A DNA stretch of 64,000 bases from a virus (lineage: Duplodnaviria; Caudoviricetes), in IMG/VR virus record IMGVR_UViG_2920580016_000003, positions 1-64,000 of that record; one strand, written 5' to 3'. This document shows, one piece after another, positions 45,451-55,300 of the stretch (its first letter is position 1; every line of letters starts with the position of its first letter). A model generated the notes under the pieces. The model made no database searches and was not told the origin of the DNA. It saw only the letters and a list, made by a program, of their open reading frames with translations. The position numbers and the translations under genes are program-made.

Positions 45451-47247
45451 GTGGCCGATCTGGTTGTGCCGCAGGCGCCGCCGCTCGCGTCGCTGCCAGG
45501 CGTCGAACTTGTGCAGGCCGGCCAATGGGATCTGTCGACTGGCCGGGTGACGTTCAGCCGCGACGACCTCGCCTCCGCGGTCGCCGCCGTCGACTGCCCG
45601 GCTGTGCGCCGACCCGTTCTGAAGCTCGGCCATGCGGAGCCGGATCCGGACGAGCACGGCATGCGGTGGGACGGCGAGCCCGCGGTCGGCTGGATCGACA
45701 ACATGATGCTCGCCGACTCCGGTAACACGGTGGTGGGCGACTACGTGGGCATGCCGGGTTGGCTGCGCGACATTCTGCCGTCCGCCTACCCGGACCGGTC
45801 GATTGAGGCCGTGTTCGACCACAAATGCCAGCTGGGCCACACCCACCCGTTTGTGATCACAGCGGTGTCGCTGCTCGGTGTTGTACCGCCCGGCGTCGGC
45901 ACCCTCCGGTCGCTTCAAGACGTCGCCGCCTTGTACGGCGTAACCGCCGCCTCCACCACCGCAGCCGACGACGTGCCGGGCCGCGTCACGGTCACCGTCC
46001 ACGCCAGCAAGGGAGCAGCCTCCATGCCCAATCCGCGACCAGCCGAGGTGGCCGCCGGCATCTCCAGCGAGGACGTGCGGCGCGCCTACTACGAGAAGGC
46101 GCCCTGGCAGGAGTGGATCTGCGAGATGCAACTGTCCCCGCTGCAGTTGATCGTGGTGGATGACACGACCGGCAAGTACCACCGGGTGCCTGTCCAGGTG
46201 GACGGCGAGGATGAGTTCAGCTTCGGCGACAAGGTCGAGGTGAAGATCCGGTACGAGGATGTGCCCGCCGACGTCACTGCGGCGGCGGCGACACAGACGA
46301 TCGTGTACGCGTCCCGCGCCGAATCCCGCCCCGACCCCGCCCAGCAGACGCGGGCGGCCTCGGTTTCCGACACCGCCTGGTCCGACTTCTCGCAGGCCGA
46401 CTACGACGTCGACCAGTGGCATCGCGCCTGCCTTATCCACACCCACGACGGCGACCCCGACGCCAAGTCCGCCTGCAAGCTCCCGGTGCGGGAGCCGGAC
46501 GGCACCCTCAACCGGAACGCCGTGCACGCCGCCGCGGCCCGGATCGGCCAGCTCAAGGGCGTGACCGCAGACCAGAAGCAGGCCGCCGCGCGAAAGCTGG
46601 CCAGCCTCTACCGCAACGAGCTGGACGAGGACCCGCCCGACAGCCTCCTCGATCTCGCCGGCGAAACCGCCAACGCCTCCGCCCCACAGGCGGAGGCATC
46701 TTTGTCTCCCCCGGTCGAGCCGGCCGCGGGGCCCACCCCACCAACCGAAGGAGCGACTATGGCTCTGGACGAGGGCCTGCGTGAGCGGCTCGGCCTCGAG
46801 GCCGAGGCCGGCGACGAGGCCATCCTCGCGGCCATCGACGACCTGCTCGACAAGGCGACCGCGCCGCCGCCCGAGCCCACCCCGCAGCCGGAACCGGTAG
46901 CCGCCGCTGCGGCACTGCCGCCCGGCACCGTCGCCATCGACGAGGCCACCCTCGCCGACCTGCGGGAGAAGGCTGAGCAGGGCGTCGCCGCCCGCGCCCG
47001 CCAGCTCACCGAGGACCGCGACCGTACCATCGACGACGCCATCCGAGCCGGGAAGACGCCGCCCGCCCGCCGCGAACACTGGCAGAAGGCATGGGCCGCC
47101 GACCCCGAAGGCACCCGCGAGCTTCTCGCCTCGCTGGCGCCCGGGCTGGTGCCGCTCGAGGACGTCGGTGAGCCGGGCGGCGAGCCGACCGACCAGGCAG
47201 ACGACGGCTCCCAGTACGACGGCATCTTCTCCCGGAAGGCGGTCTAA
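45451..47247 (+). CDS. Capsid maturation protease / scaffold
   Basis: LKLGH, YPDRSIE, ITAVSLLGVVPP Mu-type protease; coiled-coil C-terminus IDDAIRAGKTPPARREHW. Confidence 0.85.
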   Translation: MADLVVPQAPPLASLPGVELVQAGQWDLSTGRVTFSRDDLASAVAAVDCPAVRRPVLKLGHAEPDPDEHGMRWDGEPAVGWIDNMMLADSGNTVVGDYVGMPGWLRDILPSAYPDRSIEAVFDHKCQLGHTHPFVITAVSLLGVVPPGVGTLRSLQDVAALYGVTAASTTAADDVPGRVTVTVHASKGAASMPNPRPAEVAAGISSEDVRRAYYEKAPWQEWICEMQLSPLQLIVVDDTTGKYHRVPVQVDGEDEFSFGDKVEVKIRYEDVPADVTAAAATQTIVYASRAESRPDPAQQTRAASVSDTAWSDFSQADYDVDQWHRACLIHTHDGDPDAKSACKLPVREPDGTLNRNAVHAAAARIGQLKGVTADQKQAAARKLASLYRNELDEDPPDSLLDLAGETANASAPQAEASLSPPVEPAAGPTPPTEGATMALDEGLRERLGLEAEAGDEAILAAIDDLLDKATAPPPEPTPQPEPVAAAAALPPGTVAIDEATLADLREKAEQGVAARARQLTEDRDRTIDDAIRAGKTPPARREHWQKAWAADPEGTRELLASLAPGLVPLEDVGEPGGEPTDQADDGSQYDGIFSRKAV

Positions 47248-47250
47248 GCC

Positions 47251-47631
47251 ATGGCTGACTACACGCCCGTGTACTACGGCGGCGCCGAGCCGTTCGCCAT
47301 GACCGCCTCTGCCGCGATCACCGGCGGCCAGGTGGTGCACGCCTCCGGCGTCGGCACCGTCGCGCCCACCGCTGGTGCCTCTGGTTCCGTCGTCGGCGTG
47401 GCAGCCTTCGACGCCGCCTCCGGCACCCGGGTCACCGTGTGGCCCATCTCCGGAGTCATGCACGAAACCACCACCCCGGCCGGTGTCACCGCTGGTGCCG
47501 CGCTCGCCTCCGCCGCCTCAGGCGGGGTCGACTCCGGCACGCTCGGCACGCTGGCCGCGGCCGGCCATCTCATCGGCACCGCCGTGTCCACCGCCACCGC
47601 CGGCAACAAGTGCCGCTGGATCGGCCGCTAA
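47251..47631 (+). CDS. Capsid cement / head decoration protein
   Basis: TASAAITGGQVV...VVGVAAFDAASG..VTV (DUF2190-like); located before the MCP. Confidence 0.8.
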   Translation: MADYTPVYYGGAEPFAMTASAAITGGQVVHASGVGTVAPTAGASGSVVGVAAFDAASGTRVTVWPISGVMHETTTPAGVTAGAALASAASGGVDSGTLGTLAAAGHLIGTAVSTATAGNKCRWIGR

Positions 47632-47653
47632 CACCCGGAAGGACAGATAAGGA

Positions 47654-48580
47654 ATGCCTGGGACATACCCTCCGGCGCCGCCCACCCTTTCGGGCGACCT
47701 GCTCACCATCAGCCGCTTCCTGCAGCAGCCGACCGCCATCCGCAGGCGGCTGCGCACCTTCACGGACCTGCGGTTCGTGTCCGACCAGATCCTCACCCAG
47801 CGCTTCCGCTCCAGCGGCGGCGCTGTCATGTACGAGGTCAGCGAACCGATCGTCAACGCCCGCCCGGTCGAATCCGTGCCGCCTGGCAGCACCTATCCGA
47901 AGGACGTGCCCGGCACCGGCACCGCCGCCGTGGCCGCCGTGCAGAAGTGGGGGCAGGCGGTCGACCTGACCGATGAGGAGATCAAGCGGTCGGTGTATGC
48001 GGGCGACGCGGTCGACCGCGCCCTCCGCAAGGTCATCAACAGCATCATCAAGCAGGTCGACTCCGTGACCATCTCCGCGGTCGGGTCGGCGATCACCGCG
48101 TCCGGGGCGGCGACCGCCGCCTGGAACAACGCGACCACGGCGGCGATCCTGCGCGACATCGAACTCGCCAAGGCGGCGATCATCGACCTGAACCAGGGCT
48201 ACATGCCCGACACCATCCTGCTGTCGTCCACCAAGTACGCCTACATGGCGTCCGACCCGAACATCGCCAACCTGCGCAGGCGGGAGTCCACCGACAACCC
48301 CGTCTACACCGGCAAGATCGACGTTATTGACGATCTGGCCGTCGTGGTGGCCCCCCTCTCCGCGCTGCCGTCCGACGACGTGTGGATCCTCGACTCCAAG
48401 CAGCTCGGCGGCATGGCCGACGAAGCCGAGGTCGACCCCGGCTACACGGTCGGAGACATGGCCGTCCAAGTCGGCACCACCCGGCTCGACAGCCGCGACG
48501 CGTGGGAGTTGCGCGGCCGTCGGCTGACCGTCCCGGTCGTGCAGGAGCCAGGCGCCGGACGCAAGATCACCGGCACGTGA
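47654..48580 (+). CDS. Major capsid protein (HK97 fold)
   Basis: Position; KWGQAVDLTDEEIKR...VDRALRKVINSI. Confidence 0.9.
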   Translation: MPGTYPPAPPTLSGDLLTISRFLQQPTAIRRRLRTFTDLRFVSDQILTQRFRSSGGAVMYEVSEPIVNARPVESVPPGSTYPKDVPGTGTAAVAAVQKWGQAVDLTDEEIKRSVYAGDAVDRALRKVINSIIKQVDSVTISAVGSAITASGAATAAWNNATTAAILRDIELAKAAIIDLNQGYMPDTILLSSTKYAYMASDPNIANLRRRESTDNPVYTGKIDVIDDLAVVVAPLSALPSDDVWILDSKQLGGMADEAEVDPGYTVGDMAVQVGTTRLDSRDAWELRGRRLTVPVVQEPGAGRKITGT

Positions 48581-48590
48581 GGTGGGTGAC

Positions 48591-48971
48591 GTGGCGAAAT
48601 ACCAGGTGACGGCGCCGTGCGTCGTCCACATCCCCATCAACACCGTGGCCGGGCCCGCGCTCGGCACCTTCTACAAGGACGCGTTCCTGCCCGACGACGT
48701 CCCCCAAGAGAAGATCGACCATCTCCTCGCCAACAAGATGATCGTCGAGGTGGAGGAGGGCGGCGACAACGAGCCGTCCTCGCAGACCCCCGAAGACGTC
48801 GAGCAGGCCAGCACGGTCCAGATGGCCGAGCCTGCGGCGGTCAACTCGCGCTCCTCGAAGTCCGACCTGGTCGCCTACGGGGTGTCCCGCGGCGCCAGCC
48901 AGGCCGAGCTCGACGACATGACACGGGAGCAGTTGCTGGACCGGTACGTCCGCGGCCAGCAGCCGCAGTAG
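48591..48971 (+). CDS. Head-tail connector region protein
   Basis: C-terminal SSKSDLVAYG...MTREQL LEM/Rho-N-like helix pair. Confidence 0.7.
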   Translation: MAKYQVTAPCVVHIPINTVAGPALGTFYKDAFLPDDVPQEKIDHLLANKMIVEVEEGGDNEPSSQTPEDVEQASTVQMAEPAAVNSRSSKSDLVAYGVSRGASQAELDDMTREQLLDRYVRGQQPQ

Positions 48972-49042
48972 GTCGTGGTCCGGTCGGATGGTTTCCCCCG
49001 TAGCCGCCGGCCGGGCCGCCCGCAACCGTGTGAGGAGGGGTT

Positions 49043-49489
49043 GTGGCTGAGTCGTGGGCTCCACTGCTGGAGCAGGTCGCCGACCACATCCCCACCCGCA
49101 CCCGATCGGCTGACACCCCCAGCGACGACACGCTGCTGGGCACGTTCAACGCGTCCACGACGCCGACTGGCGAGCAGGCGATGCGGCACATTAACCGTGC
49201 TGTGCGTGAGGTGCTTGCCGCGATCGGCGGGACGCTGCCCGCCACGCCGGCGTTCCTGACCGGGATGGCGACGGACACTGCCGCGCTCCTGGCCGCCGCC
49301 TCGATCGAGCTCGCCTACCCGGACCGGCAGGCCGACGTCAGCGTCTACGAACATCTCCGTCAGCAGGCCAACGACGCCCTGCAGCGGCTCATCAACGCGG
49401 TCAACGACGCCGGTTCCGGCACAGACGGATCCTTGCTGCCGGTGTGGGCCATGCCGGACCCGACCTGGCCCGGCGACTACCCCCTCTAA
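49043..49489 (+). CDS. Head-tail adaptor
   Basis: GTFNASTTPT...AAASIELAY; position. Confidence 0.75.
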   Translation: MAESWAPLLEQVADHIPTRTRSADTPSDDTLLGTFNASTTPTGEQAMRHINRAVREVLAAIGGTLPATPAFLTGMATDTAALLAAASIELAYPDRQADVSVYEHLRQQANDALQRLINAVNDAGSGTDGSLLPVWAMPDPTWPGDYPL

Positions 49490-49499
49490 GGAGGTTGAT

Positions 49500-49961
49500 G
49501 TGGCGGTTGGAGCAGGTGGCCGGGGTTTCCGCATCGACTTCAACGAGGCTGAACTCGACCGCATCTTCAAGAGTCCCCAGGGGCCGGTCGGCCGGCAGAT
49601 GGCCCGCTACGGCGAAATCGTCACCCAGGGCGCCAAGCGGCGCTGCCCGGTCTCCCCGCGCGGCTCCGGCGGCCGCCCATCCGGCTATACCCGCTCCAAA
49701 ATCGGTTGGGAACTCCACCGGGACGCGATCGGCCTCTACACCGACATCGCATCACCAGCCAAAACACCACAAGGCGAGCCGCTAGGCCTTTTTCTCGAGG
49801 TAGGCACGCGACCGCATGTGATCAGGCCGAAGAACCCTCGCGGCTGGCTGCGATGGGTCGGCGCCGACGGGCGTGTGCACTTCGCCAAGAAGGTCAACCA
49901 CCCCGGCACCAGCGCTCAGCCGTACCTGCGGCCAGCGCTCGAAGACCTTCGCGGAGCCTGA
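49500..49961 (+). CDS. HK97 gp10-like neck / tail completion protein
   Basis: AKRRCPV...LEVGTRPHVIRPK...VNHPGTSAQPYLRPAL. Confidence 0.85.
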   Translation: MAVGAGGRGFRIDFNEAELDRIFKSPQGPVGRQMARYGEIVTQGAKRRCPVSPRGSGGRPSGYTRSKIGWELHRDAIGLYTDIASPAKTPQGEPLGLFLEVGTRPHVIRPKNPRGWLRWVGADGRVHFAKKVNHPGTSAQPYLRPALEDLRGA

Positions 49962-49963
49962 CC

Positions 49964-50383
49964 GTGCCCGGCTACGTCGCCGCCGTGACCCTCGTCCGCG
50001 CCTGGATCACCGCCCAACCCGACCTCGTCGGCCCTGGTCGGCCGATCGCGTTGGGCGCGTTCCGGCAGCATCCGCGTTCCCCCGGCCAAGGCGCCTACGT
50101 GCTCCTGTCGCGGATCGGCCGCGCCGCCGATCTGGTCGCCGAGGACGTGCTCGACAGCCCCCGCATCTCAGCGTCGATCTATGCCGGTACCGACGAGGCC
50201 GCCGAACTCGCCGCGACCGCTTACGCGAACGCGGTCGCAGCGCTGAAGGGCGCCCCGGCCGCGGTCGACGGCCACGCGTTCCTGGTTGCCGACGACATCG
50301 TCGGCCCGCTGCTCGTGGATAACCACGACTCCGACCGCGAGCAATGGCAGTTCCTCGTCGACGCCTCGTTCTACTGCCTCTGA
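49964..50383 (+). CDS. Tail terminator
   Basis: Position; PRISASIYAG...A..A.AYA. Confidence 0.75.
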   Translation: MPGYVAAVTLVRAWITAQPDLVGPGRPIALGAFRQHPRSPGQGAYVLLSRIGRAADLVAEDVLDSPRISASIYAGTDEAAELAATAYANAVAALKGAPAAVDGHAFLVADDIVGPLLVDNHDSDREQWQFLVDASFYCL

Positions 50384-50439
50384 CCTGCGGTCTCTTCTCC
50401 GCTCGAATGATCCCCGCCTGACCTGACCTGGAGGACGAT

Positions 50440-50763
50440 ATGGCGGCTCTACCCCTGCAGGTGCTGGTCCCCGGCGGATCAGCATCGGTTCTCACCGCGG
50501 CCGCTGGCGGCGGCGACACGTGCGCCGCCGGTGACGGCGTGTTTTTGGAGGTGAACAACGGCGGCGGTTCGTCCGTGACCGTCACTCTCGTCACTCCAGG
50601 CCTGTTCGACGGTCTGACGATCGGCGATCGGGCTGTGGCGATCCCGGCCGGGGAACGGTGGAAGATTCCCGTCCCGCGGGTGTTCGCGAAGGCGGACGGC
50701 CAGTGTGACATCACCTACTCGGGCGTCACGTCGGTGACGGTCGGCTGCTTCAAGGTGTCCTGA
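50440..50763 (+). CDS. Small Ig-like structural protein
   Basis: GGAGG SD; FLEVNNGGGSSVTVT...IPAGE. Confidence 0.7.
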   Translation: MAALPLQVLVPGGSASVLTAAAGGGDTCAAGDGVFLEVNNGGGSSVTVTLVTPGLFDGLTIGDRAVAIPAGERWKIPVPRVFAKADGQCDITYSGVTSVTVGCFKVS

Positions 50764-51041
50764 TGGCTACCTCCCGCCAGTCCAAGCAGGCTGACAAGAA
50801 TGTCGAGCAGGCTCCGGCGACGCCGCCGTACTACATCGCCGAGCAGCCGCTGTTCATCGGCGACCAGTTCTCCCGCGCCTTCAACCCCGGCGACCACGTG
50901 CCGCCCGGCCACGTCGAGCAGTACGGCTGGCACGACCTGGTGCGCGCACCCGACGGCTACGACGCCCCGGAGAAGCCCAGCAATGACGAGCCTGAGACCG
51001 CCGATGGCCAGGCCACCAGCAGCAAGGAAGGTGAGTCCTGA
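50763..51041 (+). CDS. Hypothetical protein
   Basis: TGATG-coupled; RAFNPGDHVP. Confidence 0.65.
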   Translation: MATSRQSKQADKNVEQAPATPPYYIAEQPLFIGDQFSRAFNPGDHVPPGHVEQYGWHDLVRAPDGYDAPEKPSNDEPETADGQATSSKEGES

Positions 51042-51595
51042 TGCCTCGTGGAAACCCGGCCAACCTCGCGCTCGGGCCCGGCACGCTATACATCGCCGTG
51101 CTCGGCACGCCTGAGCCGGCCGACCTGACCACGCCGTGGGCCAGCGTCTCGGCGAACTGGATCCAGCTCGGCTACACGGACGAAGGCTCTACGTTCAATT
51201 ACAGCGTCGACTCGGAAAACGTCGAGGTTGCCGAAGAGCTTGACCCGGTCGCGGTCGCCCTCACCTCGCGTGAGCTGTCGCTGAGCTTCAGCCTGGCCGA
51301 GATGACGGCGGCCAACCTCAAGCGCGCCCTCAACGGCGGCACCATCACATCCGGTACTGGCATCGTCACCTTCGAACCCCCGGATCTGGGCGAAGAAGTC
51401 AGAACCATGCTCGGCTGGGAAAGCGAAGATCACACCGAAAGGTGGGTGTACCGCAAGGCGTTGCAGGTCGGCAACATGGAGGTCTCCCGCGCGAAGGGCG
51501 CCGCCAAGGCCACCATCAGATGCGAATTCAAGCTGGAACGTCCGGCCGCGGCTAAGGCGTTCAAGGCGATTATGGCGACAGCGAGGGCCGCGTGA
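51041..51595 (+). CDS. Major tail (tube) protein
   Basis: GPGTLYIA.LGT...W.QLGYTDEG...L.FSLAEMT..NL. Confidence 0.88.
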   Translation: MPRGNPANLALGPGTLYIAVLGTPEPADLTTPWASVSANWIQLGYTDEGSTFNYSVDSENVEVAEELDPVAVALTSRELSLSFSLAEMTAANLKRALNGGTITSGTGIVTFEPPDLGEEVRTMLGWESEDHTERWVYRKALQVGNMEVSRAKGAAKATIRCEFKLERPAAAKAFKAIMATARAA

Positions 51596-52065
51596 TGGCG
51601 AAGCGTTCCTACACCTCCAAGCCGCCCGCCGCGGCAAGCCAGAACGCGGTACCCGCGGTCTCGTTCGAGCTCGACGGCGTCGAATTCGAAGGCGAGGGTG
51701 CCATCAGCACGATGGACTTCGCCGAGTACGCACGGCTCGCCGCCGCAGGTATCGACTCGCAGGACCCATCCGGGGTGGCGATCATCGCTGATGTGTTCCT
51801 CGGCCTGCTCGGCGAACGCACCTACCAGCGGTTCCGGGCGCACTGCCGCCGCCACCGCACCGACGACGCAACCTTGGTCGAAATCCTCAAAGGGATCATG
51901 CAGGACGCGACAGAGGCGGCCACGAACCGCCCTACACAGAGGCCCTCGAGCTTGCCCGATGGGCCGCCGAACGACCCGGCTACTGCGAAGGTCGTTTCCT
52001 TCTCGCGGGCCACCGTCGAGGAGAAACCGGTCGAGGAGACACCTCCAGTGGTCTCCTACGGCTGA
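51592..52065 (+). CDS. Tail assembly chaperone (G)
   Basis: Between tail tube and tape measure. Confidence 0.8.
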   Translation: MMAKRSYTSKPPAAASQNAVPAVSFELDGVEFEGEGAISTMDFAEYARLAAAGIDSQDPSGVAIIADVFLGLLGERTYQRFRAHCRRHRTDDATLVEILKGIMQDATEAATNRPTQRPSSLPDGPPNDPATAKVVSFSRATVEEKPVEETPPVVSYG

Positions 52066-52292
52066 CCGACCTGCCCCTCGCCGACTACCTCGATGTGATC
52101 CACGCGCTGTGGATCGAGTGGCGGACCGACTTCCTCCAAACCGCCGCACTGCTCGCGTTCGCCGGCGCAAAGGGGATCGAGGCGGACCCGCACGCCGAGT
52201 TCGACGACCTGTACGGCCCGCCTCGCCCTGTCCGCCGCACCCAGCAGGACCGTGAGGAGCGGATGCGGATCGTAGCAGCCCTCGCCAAGTAG
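51927..52292 (+). CDS. Tail assembly chaperone -1 frameshift extension (T)
   Basis: The -1 frame is open from about 51930 (PYTEALELARWAAERPGY...) to the stop at 52292; slip at CGC-CCT-ACA. Confidence 0.7.
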   Translation, partial: PPYTEALELARWAAERPGYCEGRFLLAGHRRGETGRGDTSSGLLRLTDLPLADYLDVIHALWIEWRTDFLQTAALLAFAGAKGIEADPHAEFDDLYGPPRPVRRTQQDREERMRIVAALAK

Positions 52293-52313
52293 ATCGCGGA
52301 AAGTCGGCGGGGG

Positions 52314-55300
52314 GTGTCGATGCCTGGCACCCCTCTCGCCGAAGCGTTCGTGCGGGTCAGAGCCGACACCGACCGCGTCCGCGACGATGTCCGCTCCGAG
52401 TTCGGCCGGGCCGGCTCCGACGCGGGCGACGAGTTCGGCGCCCGCTTCTCCCAGGATGCGCTCGGCCGCTGGCACGACGACCGCGGCCGATTCGTGTCCG
52501 CCGCCGAAGCGCACGGCCGAGCCGCCGGCGACGGCTTCAACGACGAATTCGGTGACCAGCTCGGCGGCTCCGCTGACCGGTTGCGCGGAGAACGCCCACG
52601 CTTCCACGCCGAGGGCCGCCGGCTCGGCGAGGCCGCCGGCGACGGCGCCAACGACGGGTTCGGCGACCGGCTGCGCGGCATCGGCGACACCGCCGCCCGC
52701 GTGTTCGACGCCATCACGCCCCGCGTGTCCGGGCTGGCCGGCGGGTTCGGCAACGCCACGGTCGCCGCTGGCGGCCTCCTCGCCGAACTCGGCAAGCTCG
52801 GTGTGGCCGCGGGTGCCATGGCCACCCTCGCCGCCAGCGCCGCATCCGCCGCGGTCAGCGTCGGCGCGCTCGCTGCGGCGCTCGCCCCCGCTGCCGGGGC
52901 GTTGGCCGCCCTACCGGGGGCCGCGCTGCTCGGCGCGAGCGCCATGGGGACGCTCAAGCTGGCGCTTCACGGTGTCGCAGACGGGTTCGCCGCGGCGATC
53001 AGCGGCAACTACCTGAAGTTCATCGGGGCCACCAAGGACCTCAGCCGGGCGGCGCAGCTCGTCAGCTACGAGCTGTTCCAGATGGCACCGGCGTTCCAAG
53101 ACCTCAAGAGCAGCGTCCAGGATGCCCTGTTCGAGCCGCTGATCGGCCAGATGTGGTCGCTGCTGCCCGCGATCCACGCAGTGGACGACGGCATGACCGG
53201 GGTGGCCCAGGCGTTCGGGCAGGCCGCGCTCGAGGTCGTCGAGTTCATCCGCGAGAGCGCGACCATCCACGCGATCACCGCGATTTTCAACGCCACCAAG
53301 CGGTCGGTAGAGGACCTGACACCGGCGATCCAGCCGCTGCTGGACGGGTTCCGCGCCCTGTCCATATCGGGCGCGTTGTTCGTCGCCGACCTGGCGCCCG
53401 GCATCGCCGCGGTGGCGGCCCGGTTCGGCGAGTTCATGGAGGAGGCCGCCCTGTCAGGGCGGGCCTTCCAGTGGATGCAAGGCGCGGTCGACGTCTTCAA
53501 ACAACTCGGCGCGATCATCGCAGACGTCGGCGGCATCATCCGCGGCGTCTTCTCCGCGCTCGATGACGCTGGCGCTGGTGCGCTCGGTGTGCTCGGCCAA
53601 CTCGTCGACGCCGCCCACGCCTGGGTGGAGTCGGCGCAGGGCCAGCAGGTGCTGGTCAGCATCTTCCGGGCGTTGGCGCAGGTCGGCCAAGCCTTGGTGC
53701 CGGTCATCACGGCTGTCGCGGCCGGGATCGGTCAGCTCGCGCCGCTCGTGGCTGATTTGGCGACGGCGTTCGGGCCGGTGCTGGTCGGCGCGGTGCAGGC
53801 GCTCGTGCCCGCCCTCCAGGCGGTCGCGCCCGGGATCATCGCCGTCATTCACGGGCTCGGCGCCGCTGTCGCCGCGATCGGGCCGGCGTTGACGCCGCTC
53901 GGCACCGCCCTGGCCGGGCTCTTGCAGTTGGCGGCCGGGGTGTTCCTGCAGATCGGCGTCGCCGCCGCGGAACTCCTGCCCGGACTTATTGCGGTGGTCG
54001 ACGGCGTCGGCCAGGCGGTCGCCTCCCTCGGGGCTGCGCTGTCGCCGATCGCCCGGAACCTCTCCACCGCGTTCCAATCGGTCGGCCCAGTGGTGGCCGA
54101 GCTGGGGCAGGTGCTCGGCAGCGTTCTGGCCGCGGTGGCTCCCCTGCTGCCCATCCTCGGGGATCTGGTCGCGGTGGTCGGCGGCACCCTGCTACAGGCT
54201 GTATCGGCGCTCACCCCGCTGCTCGGCCCGCTCATCGCCGCGATCGGCCAAGTGGCGGCGATCGTGTCGCCGCTGATCGTCCAGCTCGGGCAGCTCGCCG
54301 CCGTCCTGCTGTCCCAGTTGCTGGCCACGTTGACGCCGCTGCTGCCGGTCATCGCAGAGATCGCCGCCGCGCTGGGCGGAGCCCTCCTGAATGCGGTCGC
54401 CCAGATCGGTGGCGCGCTGATCCCGCTGCTGCCGGTGCTCGTCCAGGTAGCCGACACCCTGGCGACCGCCCTGGTCGGCGCCATCAACACGCTCGCGCCG
54501 CTCCTCACGCCGATCATCTCGGGGTTCGGCGAGTTGCTGGCCGCGCTGGCGCCGCTCGCCGCCCAGGCCATTCAGCTTGGCGCCGCGCTGCTGGCGAGCC
54601 TGCTGCCCGCTCTCACCCCGCTGATCGACACCGCGACCGCGCTCGTGCCCGTCCTCGGCGGCGCATTGGTGCAGGCATTCACCACCCTGGTCGCCGCTGT
54701 CCAGCCGCTGCTGCCGCTCATCTCCCAGGTCATCAGCCAGTTCGTCGGCCAGCTCATCCCCGCGCTGGCCCCGCTCATCCCGATCGTCGCCCAGATCGCG
54801 GCCGTGCTCGGCGGCGCACTGGTCCAGGCGTGGGCCGCCATCGCGCAGGCGGTCACCCCGCTGCTTCCGGTCCTCGGCCAGGTCCTGCAGGTGCTGGGCG
54901 GCGCGCTGCTGGCCGCGGTGCAGGCGATCGTCCCCTATATCGGCCAGTTCGCGCAGGCAGCCGCATCCCTCGCCCCCGTCCTGGGCAGCCTGGCGACGGC
55001 CGCGCTGCCGATCCTGACCCAGCTGCTGCAGACCGCGGCACCGATCGTCGGCCAGCTCGTCGCTGCGTTCGGCCAACTGCTCGCGGCGGTGGCGCCGCTG
55101 CTGCCGATCGTCGTGCAGATCGCCGGAGTGATCGGCCAAACCCTCCTCACGGTGATCAGCTCGCTGTTGCGGGCGGTGACACCGCTACTTGCCCCGCTCG
55201 GCCAACTGGCTGCCGCGCTTGGCAACGCCCTCGCGCAGGCGGTGCGGGCCGTCGCGCCGGCGCTCGTGCTCATCGCCGACGCGATCGCCGCGCTGCTCCC

